The position numbers and the translations under genes are program-made. A stretch of DNA of 64,000 nt. Source: a bacterium. Lineage in GTDB: Bacteria > SAR324 > NAC60-12. The stretch spans positions 32,001 to 96,000 of the forward strand of contig CBDBHR010000003.1 in assembly GCA_965205865.1 (NCBI GenBank). Reading direction: 5' to 3'. Shown piece after piece: positions 39,618-49,270 of this stretch (the stretch's first letter is position 1; each line of letters starts with the position of its first letter). The notes under the pieces are model-generated. The model saw only the letters and a list, made by a program, of their open reading frames with translations, did not search any database and was not told the DNA's origin.

Positions 39618-41591
39618 ATGGACAAGCTCAGATTTTTATTAAAATACATACGTGCCCACAGCCTTTCTTTCAGTCTCGGCATTGTCTTTGTTATCGCAAC
39701 CAATTGGATTGCGGTCACCATTCCGGATTATGTCCGGCAGAGCATCGATTTGCTTGCTGTGGGATACCAGGTGACTCCCGCCTCTCTGACGCGCATCGAA
39801 TCCGAGGTCGGTTCTCAAACCAGCATAACTGCTGAAGCTTTGCAGGGTTTGAAATCCTTGGAAAATCAATCATTTGAAGATGAGGCGCGATTTGTAGAGA
39901 TGCTGGTAAATACCATCGGAAAAAAGGAAACGGAGCTTTTCAAAGAAGTCATTCTCCGCAATACCTATCTCACGGACAAACTGTCGAAAAACCAGGAATT
40001 GCTGCTGCAATATTTATTCATCATGCTCGGTTTGGCCTGCGCCATGATAATTGTGCGCACCCTTTCACGGACTCTATTTTTTACCCCGGGTCGCGCCATC
40101 GAATGTGAAGTGAAAAATGATTTGTTTGCCAAGTTAATGGAATTACAGAAAGATTTTCATGAGCAACACGCTTCCGGAACCGTCATTTCCAGGCTCAACA
40201 ACGACATCATGGGCCTGAGGATGATGTGTGGATTTGGCCTGATGCAAATTGTCAACATCCTTTCCGCCCTTTCCCTCACTCCTTACAAAATGTGGCAACT
40301 CTCCCCTCGCCTGACGCTTTATTGCATTATCCCCATTATTATTGTTTTCATAGTAGTGCGCTTCGGCATGCATTTTATGTTGATCAATATGCGCCAGCGG
40401 ATGCAGAATTTGCAAGACCTCTCCGCGTTCACGGTTTCCTCTTTATCAGGGATTGACGTCATCAAGAGTTTTGAAATGCACGACTGGTCGCGAGAAGAGT
40501 TTTCCAGAAAAAACCTATCCATGCGTCGGCGTTCCCTCAACCTTGCGCGTATTCGCTCTTTTTTCTTGTCCCTGCTCAGTAATATGGAGCATGCGCTTAA
40601 AATTCTCATTTTGTTGGTGGGGGGTACTTTTGTCATTAATGAACAATTCACTATTGGCGAGTTGACTGCTTTCATGACCTATGCGGCCTTACTGACCATG
40701 CCGTTGATGGCGTTGGGATGGGTTTCCACAATGATCCAGCAGGGGATGGTCGGCATCGAGAGTCTGCAAACCGTGGCCCGGCAAAAGGCACGGCATATTG
40801 AGATTCCCGCCTTGCCTCACAAGGAAGCCGCCCATCTCTTTGACGATGGTTTGCTCGTACGAAATCTTCATTTTCGCTACCCCAAACAAACAACAGACAC
40901 ATTGCGAGGGATTGATTTTCAAATTCTTCCCGGGCAAACAATTGGAATTTTGGGGCGCATTGGCTCTGGCAAAACGACTCTGGTCAATTGCCTTAACCGC
41001 TTCCTGGCGGCGGAAGACAGTCAAATCTTCCTTTCCGGAAAAGCGATCAATAGCCTCAGTCACTCCGATATCCGCCATTCGATTCGCACGGTCACCCAGG
41101 ATCCTTTTTTGTTTTCCGACACGGTTGAGGAGAATATTCACTTTGGCAGTATTGAAAACCAAGAAGAGTCACCCATTGATCTGGAAAACATTCTCTATGA
41201 ATGCGCCCTGGAAGATGAAGTTCGCCGGTTTCCTCAACAGGAAAAAACGATGGTGGGAGAAAAAGGGATCATGCTTTCAGGAGGGCAAAAACAGCGTATC
41301 AGCCTGGCTCGGGCAATGATGGCCCCTTGTGATTTGCTCATTCTGGACAATGTGCTTTCGGCGGTCGACTCGGAAACCGAGAGTTTTCTCCTCAAACAGA
41401 TTCTCCGTAAACAACATGCGCGTAGTTTGCTGATCGTCTCCCACCGTGCCAAAACTATGGAAAATGCCGATAGGATTCTCATCTTGGAGGAGGGGAAAAT
41501 TGTCGATCAAGGCGTACATGAGGAATTGATCGAACGTCCGGGATACTACCGGGAAACCTGGCTATTGCAAAATGAGACCACCTGGGCATAG
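39618..41591 (+). CDS. ABC exporter, fused permease and ATPase (heterodimer subunit 1)
   Basis: TM domain, GRIGSGKT, LSGGQKQR, degenerate Walker B LILDN. Confidence 0.9.
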   Translation: MDKLRFLLKYIRAHSLSFSLGIVFVIATNWIAVTIPDYVRQSIDLLAVGYQVTPASLTRIESEVGSQTSITAEALQGLKSLENQSFEDEARFVEMLVNTIGKKETELFKEVILRNTYLTDKLSKNQELLLQYLFIMLGLACAMIIVRTLSRTLFFTPGRAIECEVKNDLFAKLMELQKDFHEQHASGTVISRLNNDIMGLRMMCGFGLMQIVNILSALSLTPYKMWQLSPRLTLYCIIPIIIVFIVVRFGMHFMLINMRQRMQNLQDLSAFTVSSLSGIDVIKSFEMHDWSREEFSRKNLSMRRRSLNLARIRSFFLSLLSNMEHALKILILLVGGTFVINEQFTIGELTAFMTYAALLTMPLMALGWVSTMIQQGMVGIESLQTVARQKARHIEIPALPHKEAAHLFDDGLLVRNLHFRYPKQTTDTLRGIDFQILPGQTIGILGRIGSGKTTLVNCLNRFLAAEDSQIFLSGKAINSLSHSDIRHSIRTVTQDPFLFSDTVEENIHFGSIENQEESPIDLENILYECALEDEVRRFPQQEKTMVGEKGIMLSGGQKQRISLARAMMAPCDLLILDNVLSAVDSETESFLLKQILRKQHARSLLIVSHRAKTMENADRILILEEGKIVDQGVHEELIERPGYYRETWLLQNETTWA

Positions 41592-41597
41592 GAGCAT

Positions 41598-43451
41598 ATG
41601 GATCGCCAAACAACCCCTGAAAAAACAATCCCCCTGGCTGAAGGCCCCCCTTCTGCAGAAACGGCGGAAAATCCGGAGGAGCCTGTCAAGCAAAGCAAGG
41701 ACTGGTCATTATTGCTCCGATTTTTCGGCTATGTGCGCCCCTATTGGAAATGGGTGGCGCTCAGTCTGTGCGCCATTCCCTTTTCAGTGGGAGCCACCTT
41801 GATGCTGCCTTGGTTGATCATCCGTATTGTCGACGATTATCTGCTGGTGAGAAACTTGGAAGGATTGTATCTGTATATCCTGCTGCTTACGGTAACCGTC
41901 GTCTTGGGGTATTTGACGGACGCCCTGTACACCTATGCATTACAAAAAGCAGGGCAAATGGCCATTTCGGATATGCGGGAAGATCTCTACTCCCACATTC
42001 TCAAACTGCCTCGAACGTTTTACGACCACCGTCCCGTCGGAGTCTTGCTCACCCGTCTGACCACGGACATGGAAGCCTTGGGCGAATCCATGGCGATGGG
42101 GGTTCTTTCCATTATAACCGATTTCATCAAAACCATTGCCCTTTTTATCTTCCTTCTCTACCTCAGTTGGGAATTGACCTTGGTCATTCTGCTCATTCTA
42201 CCTCCCATTTATTGGATTGCCAATTTATTACGAGGCAAGCTCCGTTATTATTACAACCTCACTCGCGAGATACTGGCGACTTCGACAGGATTTTTGCAGG
42301 AGTGTCTCAACGGGGTGAAGACAGTGCAATTGTATGCGGCGGAAGAAAAAGTGATCAGGCGATATACCAGTAAAAATGATGAATATCTGCGGGCACAAAC
42401 CCGAACCAATTACTATGATTCATCATTGTACGCTATCATCGAAGGCATCACTTCCATCAGCCTGGGTTTGCTGATCTGGTATGGCGCGCGACAGATCCTT
42501 GCCGGCACGACAACCGTGGGAGTATTGATTGGCTTCATCAATATCTTACACCGTATTTTTATTCCGATCCGCGAATTCACCCAGCAAATATCGACCATCC
42601 AACGCGCATTATCCGCACTGGAGAATATCCATCTGCTTTTAGGTGAACCCCCGGAAGAATCCGAAACACTTGATGAAAATCAGTTCAGTCGTTTGCGGAG
42701 TTTTGAAGAGTTGCGCTTCGAGAATGTCTATTTCCGCTACAGTGATCACAGTCCCTATATTTTGAAAGGCATTTCCTTCACCCTCAAAAAGGGAGACAGG
42801 TTGGCTATAGTAGGCGCCACCGGGTCCGGAAAATCCACGATTGTGCGCCTCATCACGAGAGCTTATACCAATTACCAGGGTTCTGTGAAAATCAATGGAG
42901 TCGAATTGTCTGATATTCCACGAAAGCACTTGCTTAAACTGGTTGCGATGATGCAACAAGACGTCTATCTTTTCAATGAAAGCCTGACTTTTAATATCGG
43001 ACTCAACCGAGTTGGAATCACGCCTGCATCCATCCAACAAGCCGCGGAATATGTCTATGCCCATTCCTTTATCGAGAAATTGCCGGCAGGGTACGAGTTT
43101 CAGATTTTGGAAAATGGCAAAAACCTTTCGGCAGGCCAGGCGCAATTGATCTCCTTTTCCAGGGCAATCGCCGGGAACAGTGAAATGATGATCCTGGATG
43201 AAGCCACGAGTTCAGTGGACTCCGTGACAGAAGATTTCATCCAAAAAGCCACGCAGAAAGTATTTCTCGAAAAAACAGTCATTGCCATTGCCCATCGGCT
43301 CAGCACCATCCGTCATTCCGACATGATTCTCGTGCTTCAGGAAGGACAGATCGTGGAAAGAGGCAGCCATCAGGAACTGATTTTTCAGGATGGCATTTAT
43401 GCTAACTTGATCTACGCTCTCCTCGACAGTTTCCTGGATTCAAGGCAATGA
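41598..43451 (+). CDS. ABC exporter, fused permease and ATPase (heterodimer subunit 2)
   Basis: GATGSGKS, LSAGQ, ILDEATSSVD, IAHRLST. Confidence 0.92.
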   Translation: MDRQTTPEKTIPLAEGPPSAETAENPEEPVKQSKDWSLLLRFFGYVRPYWKWVALSLCAIPFSVGATLMLPWLIIRIVDDYLLVRNLEGLYLYILLLTVTVVLGYLTDALYTYALQKAGQMAISDMREDLYSHILKLPRTFYDHRPVGVLLTRLTTDMEALGESMAMGVLSIITDFIKTIALFIFLLYLSWELTLVILLILPPIYWIANLLRGKLRYYYNLTREILATSTGFLQECLNGVKTVQLYAAEEKVIRRYTSKNDEYLRAQTRTNYYDSSLYAIIEGITSISLGLLIWYGARQILAGTTTVGVLIGFINILHRIFIPIREFTQQISTIQRALSALENIHLLLGEPPEESETLDENQFSRLRSFEELRFENVYFRYSDHSPYILKGISFTLKKGDRLAIVGATGSGKSTIVRLITRAYTNYQGSVKINGVELSDIPRKHLLKLVAMMQQDVYLFNESLTFNIGLNRVGITPASIQQAAEYVYAHSFIEKLPAGYEFQILENGKNLSAGQAQLISFSRAIAGNSEMMILDEATSSVDSVTEDFIQKATQKVFLEKTVIAIAHRLSTIRHSDMILVLQEGQIVERGSHQELIFQDGIYANLIYALLDSFLDSRQ

Positions 43452-43557
43452 TCACTCAGAATGGCATTTACGCCAAACTGGTCAAGGGTCTGGAAGAAAC
43501 CACGGCAACCGAACCCACTCGGGCGCGAGTGCAAGTGCTTCGATGGCGTTTTCGGGA

Positions 43558-43899
43558 TTATTTCGGATATAGAATGGCGTGCCTGACCACTTTCTTCAAT
43601 GCCGCCACGGGAAGAGGGTCGCCGGGTTTGAAATTGATACAACCTTTTCCAGTTTTGATATTCGGGTATTTTTCCTTGAATTCGGCGATATGAGGCGCGC
43701 CGCAGGTGTATAAAGAGACATAACTCTTTTGATTGGCCACGCATACCCAACTATCCCGCGCTTTGTATGTTGGCATCTTGTAGGACATGTCCACTTCGGC
43801 ATCGGGATACAACCCTATGATCAGTTCGTGCAACTTCATCACAAGCCCTTTCCGCTCTTCCGGAATGCTGTCAAAATAAATTTTTACGGCTTCGTCCAT
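43558..43899 (-). CDS. DUF1801 (YdhG-like) protein
   Basis: MDEAVKIYFDSIPEERK...MSYKMPTY...KTGKGCINF; AAAGGAG RBS upstream of ATG 43899. Confidence 0.8.
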   Translation of the reverse strand: MDEAVKIYFDSIPEERKGLVMKLHELIIGLYPDAEVDMSYKMPTYKARDSWVCVANQKSYVSLYTCGAPHIAEFKEKYPNIKTGKGCINFKPGDPLPVAALKKVVRHAILYPK

Positions 43900-43970
43900 T
43901 GTTCTCCTTTCTTTGTACTGGTCGGAGGATCGAATTTCATTTAGGGAGAAGCCTGTGATTTCCCTGCTTT

Positions 43971-44546
43971 TCATGATCCCCACATCAGGAATGCAAAGGC
44001 AATATTCCCCAAATAAAGCAAAGCCAGAGTGGAAACGGCCATACGCCCTTTCATTGTCGGATAGCGCCACACCAGCAGGATGCTGCACACCACCACGAGC
44101 GCAATCTCGATGGGGAGAAAAATTGTACCAAAATGCTGAGGATCCCAATATGAAAATGGGCTTTTAAATCGCCAGTCGGACAAAGGGAACAAATGCCGGT
44201 GCGCATCGTCATGATGCAAAGGAAAATCCAGCATGACATGCAAGAGCATGCCCCCAAAAAATAATTGTAATCCTTTATATTTTTTAAAATGCGCCAACCC
44301 CAGTCCCAGCAGGATCAGTGGAAGAGAATTGAAGAAATCAATGATATTCTGCCACTTGGGATCATAGTAAGATACCGACCATATCAAATGTTCCTGAGTT
44401 TGACGGATCATTTTTTCCACGAAATAAAAATAGAACATGGGAAGATCCGGAATAAATGAGCCTGCCACGATGAGCCAAGAGTTTCGGGTGCTTGGATTGC
44501 GATCCAATACAATTAGATTAGCCACAATGTGAGCAGGAGTGTTCAT
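43971..44546 (-). CDS. Membrane-bound metal-dependent hydrolase-like protein
   Basis: MNTPAH, GSFIPDL, LLHVMLDFPLHHDDAHRH His motifs; several TM segments. Confidence 0.65.
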   Translation of the reverse strand: MNTPAHIVANLIVLDRNPSTRNSWLIVAGSFIPDLPMFYFYFVEKMIRQTQEHLIWSVSYYDPKWQNIIDFFNSLPLILLGLGLAHFKKYKGLQLFFGGMLLHVMLDFPLHHDDAHRHLFPLSDWRFKSPFSYWDPQHFGTIFLPIEIALVVVCSILLVWRYPTMKGRMAVSTLALLYLGNIAFAFLMWGS

Positions 44547-44641
44547 TTCGACGACCGGCGGTTCCGCATTGCTGCTTTGAAAGATTCAGGATACTTTTTC
44601 ATCGAACAGTGAGGGAAAGAACCAATGAATTGGTTAAAGTA

Positions 44642-44799
44642 ACCTGAGTTTAAGATAAGAATTTAATAAATTCAATATGTTATGGAATCTTCATGTCTTA
44701 GAGAAACCTTGATAGGGGTCAGGAAGGCCATTGCCTCCCTGACCCCTATCATATACACTAGGATACTCATATTATTGAAGATTTATGTCGAACTCAGGT
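44642..44799. mobile_element. MITE with IS982-like ends (copy 1)
   Basis: Ends ACCTGAGTT.../...GTCGAACTCAGGT; 7-bp target duplication TAAAGTA; body shared with 49423-49660 and 56294-56509. Confidence 0.85.
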
Positions 44800-44828
44800 T
44801 AAAGTAAGTTTTTCTCCGGGAACAAAAG

Positions 44829-45584
44829 CTATCTGAAGTATTCGGCTGCGTCCTGCGCCTCAAATCCCAGTATTTCTTTTGCGCGACTCATATCCCGGTA
44901 GCCCCATTTGTTTTTCGAAATCACGTAGAAAACGTCGTATTTGATGGTCTTTGGGGCAGTAATACATGCTTCAATCATCTCGACAATATCCCGGTGACTG
45001 CACCAGACTGAGAAACCTCGGGAATTCAAGGGCTTGTTCGCTGCATTGACCATCCCAATACGCAGACTGATGACGGATAAATCCCTCATATCGGCAAAAT
45101 GGCGACCCAGCGCTTCTCCCCAGATTTTGGTTGCGCCATAAACACCATTTGGTCTGGATGGTGTTTGGCGGTCGAATTGTGGCCAAATTTCCGGTGCTTT
45201 CTCGTATCGCCCTTCGACAATGGCTTTGAGGGGTTCATCTTTTTCCCACCCGGAAGTGGTGGCTCCACTGCTGGCAAAAATGACTCGCTGGACCCCGGCT
45301 TTAAGTGCTGCCAGAAAAACATTGTAGGTGCCGATGATGTTTGTCTCGAGATACTCTTGCCATATAAAATTATTTCCGGATTTAGCTGCAAGATGGACCA
45401 CAACGTCCTGCCCTTCAAAAGCCGGTCGTATTGCTTCCAAATCAAACAAATCGGCTTGAATACATTTTTCTCCCGGTACTGCACTTCGATTGAGACCGGT
45501 GAGTTCGTATTTACCTTGTAAATGTTGGCGGACCAGCCCCCCGATCAGACCACTCATTCCCGTGATCAAAACTTTTTTTATCAT
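44829..45584 (-). CDS. NAD-dependent epimerase/dehydratase (uronate dehydrogenase-like)
   Basis: KVLITGMSGLIG, VVHLAA, IFASS, YGATK. Start placed at MIKKV; the ORF extends to 45671. Confidence 0.85.
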   Translation of the reverse strand: MIKKVLITGMSGLIGGLVRQHLQGKYELTGLNRSAVPGEKCIQADLFDLEAIRPAFEGQDVVVHLAAKSGNNFIWQEYLETNIIGTYNVFLAALKAGVQRVIFASSGATTSGWEKDEPLKAIVEGRYEKAPEIWPQFDRQTPSRPNGVYGATKIWGEALGRHFADMRDLSVISLRIGMVNAANKPLNSRGFSVWCSHRDIVEMIEACITAPKTIKYDVFYVISKNKWGYRDMSRAKEILGFEAQDAAEYFR

Positions 45585-45705
45585 ATTGGACCTTCCATTG
45601 ATTTTTGTTGCGGATTTTGTTACGACGTTTCTCACCCCGATATTTGTCCCGATATACGTTTGGAATGTCAAGAGTCGCTCCAGCGAGGTTTTATCGATAT
45701 ACGAA

Positions 45706-46617
45706 TCAGTGGAACGCGCTCAACACTTTCTCGTCCAATTCTTTGTAGATTTCCGGTTTGTTGGGAATTGAATGTAACTTGAATTCGTCAACTCCGACTT
45801 CGATGAAGTCCTGTGCGCGATCAATCACGTACTGGGGAGGACCGATCATTTTCCAATCGTCACCACTGCGAAGTTCCGCGGCCTTCTGCTCGTCGTATTC
45901 GATTCGTATGGGTACGTGGACCGTTCTGCGAATCTCTCCCGGATCCCGGCCGACGGCTTTACAATGTCGTTCCAGGACGCCACTCAATCGAGTTACCTCT
46001 TGCGGCGCGCACATCACGTTCATGATATCGCCATACATGGCAAGCGTGCGCAGGGTGCGTTTCTCTCCCATACCGCCTACCATAATCGGCGGATTTGGTT
46101 GCTGTAAGCATTTAGGCTCAAAAGGCGCCTGATATAGCTTGTAGTATTTGCCTTCAAAGTCAACCAGGTCTTTTGCGGCAAAGAGAATCTTCATTAACTT
46201 GCAGGCCTCCTCGAGACGGTCACTACGTTCCTTGAGTGAGGGAAAATCCCAACCGTAAGCCTGGTGTTCACGCACGTTCCATGCCGCCCCGATACCAATC
46301 ACCAGGCGTCCGTTTGAGATGTGGTCGACGGTGGCAGCCATTTTAGCGGTGAGCGACGGGTTACGATAGGTGTTTCCTGCCACCAGCAAGCCCATACGCA
46401 AACGCTTGGTCACCGCAGCGGCGGCACAGAGCAACGACCATCCTTCGAAGGTCGGAATCCTATCATGTTCCATTACCTCGTCAGTTGGGCTTAGTGGTGG
46501 AATGAAGTGATCATAAAACCAAACACTGTGCCAACGCGTGACCTCCATAACCTCGAGAACGGCCTTGATGTCTCGCCAACTTGTTGCTTGGTTGTGTAAC
46601 TGGGCTCCAAATTTCAT
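45706..46617 (-). CDS. Luciferase-like monooxygenase (LLM), flavin/F420-dependent oxidoreductase
   Basis: VWFYDHF, GNTYRNPSLTAKMAATVDHISNGRL..GIGAAW, PPIMVGG.GEKRTL. Confidence 0.9.
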   Translation of the reverse strand: MKFGAQLHNQATSWRDIKAVLEVMEVTRWHSVWFYDHFIPPLSPTDEVMEHDRIPTFEGWSLLCAAAAVTKRLRMGLLVAGNTYRNPSLTAKMAATVDHISNGRLVIGIGAAWNVREHQAYGWDFPSLKERSDRLEEACKLMKILFAAKDLVDFEGKYYKLYQAPFEPKCLQQPNPPIMVGGMGEKRTLRTLAMYGDIMNVMCAPQEVTRLSGVLERHCKAVGRDPGEIRRTVHVPIRIEYDEQKAAELRSGDDWKMIGPPQYVIDRAQDFIEVGVDEFKLHSIPNKPEIYKELDEKVLSAFH

Positions 46618-47121
46618 ATATTCTCCATTCACTTCTTGTATTCGTTTACACTGCAACATTGCAGGTTGATTTCCACGAAAAAATTCGTGAAGACGACGCT
46701 TTTAAAACCTGTTTTAAAATACCGGAATGAGAGAAAAACGTTTTCTCTCCTTGGCAAAGAGGGGTTAAGGGAGGTCCAAATTGGTAAAAACCCCACCTGA
46801 CATCCTCTTAACAAGGGAAGGAATTGTATTTTTAAACAGGCTCTTGATTTACTGGACTTTGGACATTCGAGTAAATTTTCAGGAAGAAATTCAGACAATC
46901 ATTCTTTACGGTAGAGTTTCCAAAACAAGCATGCATACAGGAGTTGGCCATGGTTTTTCTTCCCAATGAATTTATAATCAATTTAGAGTCATTTAGACAG
47001 CTTTTTTTTCTAACAATGTTGAGATCGACGCTCTCGAATCGGCGAAGGCCGCCGGCTGCTCCACCGGGAGAACCCTGCTGCGCTATATTCTGCCCAATGT
47101 GACCGCCCCATCCTCTTACGC

Positions 47122-47244
47122 CGGGAAGACAAGTTCCCTCTCGACAAATTGGTGACCACACGCTACAAACTGGAGCGGGCTAACGACGCTTGTGACGAGT
47201 TGCAAACCGGTGAGATTCTTGGTCGCGCGATCATTGAGTTCTAA
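47122..47244 (+). pseudogene. C-terminal remnant of a Zn-dependent alcohol dehydrogenase
   Basis: REDKFPLDKLVTTRYKLERANDACDELQTGEILGRAIIEF*, with no upstream body. Confidence 0.65.
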
Positions 47245-47389
47245 CAGCATCGATTCTTTCGAGCTTGGCGAGGGCCTTCGTCTTCCGCTGACCTCAATGG
47301 AAGAAATACAATTGGAAAATTTCTTGACCGGTCACAAGACAATCAGGCAACTTCTCGTTTAAGACTGATTGAGAGAGGAGAGCTCCGTT

Positions 47390-48331
47390 TCAACTTTTTA
47401 ACTCACCCAATCCATACTGACCGCGAGCAACAAATTCGCCTTTGGGCGCATCAATGCTGCCATAGCCATACCAGGGTTTGAATCCAATCAAAGCCAACAG
47501 TTCTTCTGAGGCGTCTGTCAACACTTCAGGGGAGGTGCCCAGTAAAAAATTCTCCTGTTGCCGGAATTGCGGGGCGCAGAAATTGATCGTCAGACCGATG
47601 CGCGTTTGATTGCTATGATTGGCACCGGTCGAATGCCAGGTGCGCCCTTCAAAAATCACAACGGATCCGGCGGGAGCTACCGTCGGGATCCAATTAGCCT
47701 GCGCATCGAGTTCGGGGTCCGGTTGACGACCGTTCAGATGGCTGCCGGGAACGACAATGGTGGCTCCATTGTCTTCCCGAAAATCATCCAGAGTCCACAT
47801 CGAGTTGCAGACAAAAGCGGGAGCAAAGGCAGGCAAGTTCACGGTGGCCTCCCCCCCTACATGATGCCCCCGATGCCCCTCACGCGTTATGGAACCCGGC
47901 TTTATCAGCGTCTCTTTCCGGCTATTTGTCGGGGGTGGCATCCACCATTGATCCGTATGAAATATCTCCGTGCCCCCCGGGTGAGCAATATGACCCACAT
48001 AGGAACTGAGTAAATATACGGAACCCAGCACATGATTGATCATCTTTCTTACTTCGGGATGGAACAACAAGTCGCGAAACCCTTGCCCTTTGTTGATTAA
48101 AAAAAAGACGATTTGCTTCTTGTCCTGCCCCATCGTAGAGAATCCCTGCTGCGTTTCCGCTTCGACTTGTTCCAACAGTCGCGTACGCAATGCTGCGGCC
48201 TCCTCTGCGCTGATGGCATTGGCCAGGATGCAGTAGCCAAATTCGTCCATATGGGCTTTAGCAAATCTGAGATCTGTGGTGGGTCGAGGATAGTCTTGGT
48301 TTGTAGTTATCATGGAAGTCATTTTGTCCAT
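47390..48331 (-). CDS. Phytanoyl-CoA dioxygenase (PhyH) family protein
   Basis: FHTDQW (HxD), LDDFREDNGATIVVPGSH, GRTWHSTGAN...R. Confidence 0.88.
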   Translation of the reverse strand: MDKMTSMITTNQDYPRPTTDLRFAKAHMDEFGYCILANAISAEEAAALRTRLLEQVEAETQQGFSTMGQDKKQIVFFLINKGQGFRDLLFHPEVRKMINHVLGSVYLLSSYVGHIAHPGGTEIFHTDQWWMPPPTNSRKETLIKPGSITREGHRGHHVGGEATVNLPAFAPAFVCNSMWTLDDFREDNGATIVVPGSHLNGRQPDPELDAQANWIPTVAPAGSVVIFEGRTWHSTGANHSNQTRIGLTINFCAPQFRQQENFLLGTSPEVLTDASEELLALIGFKPWYGYGSIDAPKGEFVARGQYGLGELKS

Positions 48332-48552
48332 TTTTGTTTTAAAACATAATTGAAATGGTTCGATACCTTGTCACTCATTCAATAATGAGTCGTCCCGAGT
48401 ATATGCGATAAATCTTGTAAAATCAATCATTTCAATCACACAAGATTTCTCCTTCCGCTAAAAATGACAAAGGGAGGTGGCAATTGACATGAAATGGAAA
48501 AAGTCCACTTATTGCTCTGTTGGATTCAAGAAAAAACAACGCGGAAAGAAAA

Positions 48553-49232
48553 CCCCAAGGGGGTAAAACAATACAGAGCCTGGGGTCAGTGAGCTTGCGA
48601 GCACCACCCCAGGATAGAAAAAACACATTTCACGAACTCTGAAGGAGTTCCACAACTTCGTATTTGGCAATGCCTCAAGCGTTATCAAAGATCTATGTTC
48701 ATATTATTTTTTCAACTAAAGACCGCTTTGCGTTTTTAACAGAGATGGATATACGTCAGAAACTTTATGGTTATTTGACTGGAACGCTGAAACAAATGGG
48801 AAGTGACGTTTATATTGTTGGAGGAACCGCTGATCATACGCATATTCTTTGTACACTTCCCAAAAATGAGGCAGTACCAAAGTTCATTGGTGAAATGAAA
48901 CGTTCTTCCTCCAAATGGATCAAACCCAAAGGAGGAATATATACCAAGTTTGCCTGGCAAAGGGGCTATGGAGCCTTTTCAATCAGTCAGTCAGACCTAC
49001 AGCGTGTCTATGAATACATCCTCAATCAGGAAGAGCATCATCGTAAAATGAGCTTTCAAGAGGAGTTCAGGAAATTTTTGGAACGATACGAAGTGGAGTT
49101 TGATGAACGATATGTTTGGGACTGATTTTGTTGAACGTCTTCAGCGTTCTTATGGCTGGAGGAACCATATCCTGGGGTGGCGTGACTTTCAGCCACTGAC
49201 CCCAGGCTGGGTATTGTTAATCCCCTTTGGGG
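48553..49232. mobile_element. Y1 transposase gene flanked by about 100-bp imperfect inverted repeats (REPtron/IS200-like unit)
   Basis: 48553-48655 (CCCCAAGGGGG..AACAATAC..AGCCTGGGGTCAGTG..CCACCCCAGGATA..CTGAAG..GTTC.ACAA) is mirrored at 49128-49232. Confidence 0.7.
48664..49125 (+). CDS. tnpA: IS200/IS605-family (Y1, HUH) transposase
   Basis: YVHIIFSTK, DHTHIL (HUH), FAWQRGYGAFS, YILNQEEHH. Confidence 0.9.
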   Translation: MAMPQALSKIYVHIIFSTKDRFAFLTEMDIRQKLYGYLTGTLKQMGSDVYIVGGTADHTHILCTLPKNEAVPKFIGEMKRSSSKWIKPKGGIYTKFAWQRGYGAFSISQSDLQRVYEYILNQEEHHRKMSFQEEFRKFLERYEVEFDERYVWD

Positions 49233-49270
49233 AAAAGCAAACAGAGAAATACGAAATTCACCAAAATCCA

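Noticed and set aside
43900-44148. N-terminal extension of the DUF1801 ORF
   Set aside because: It overlaps the upstream gene in another frame; a strong RBS precedes ATG 43899.
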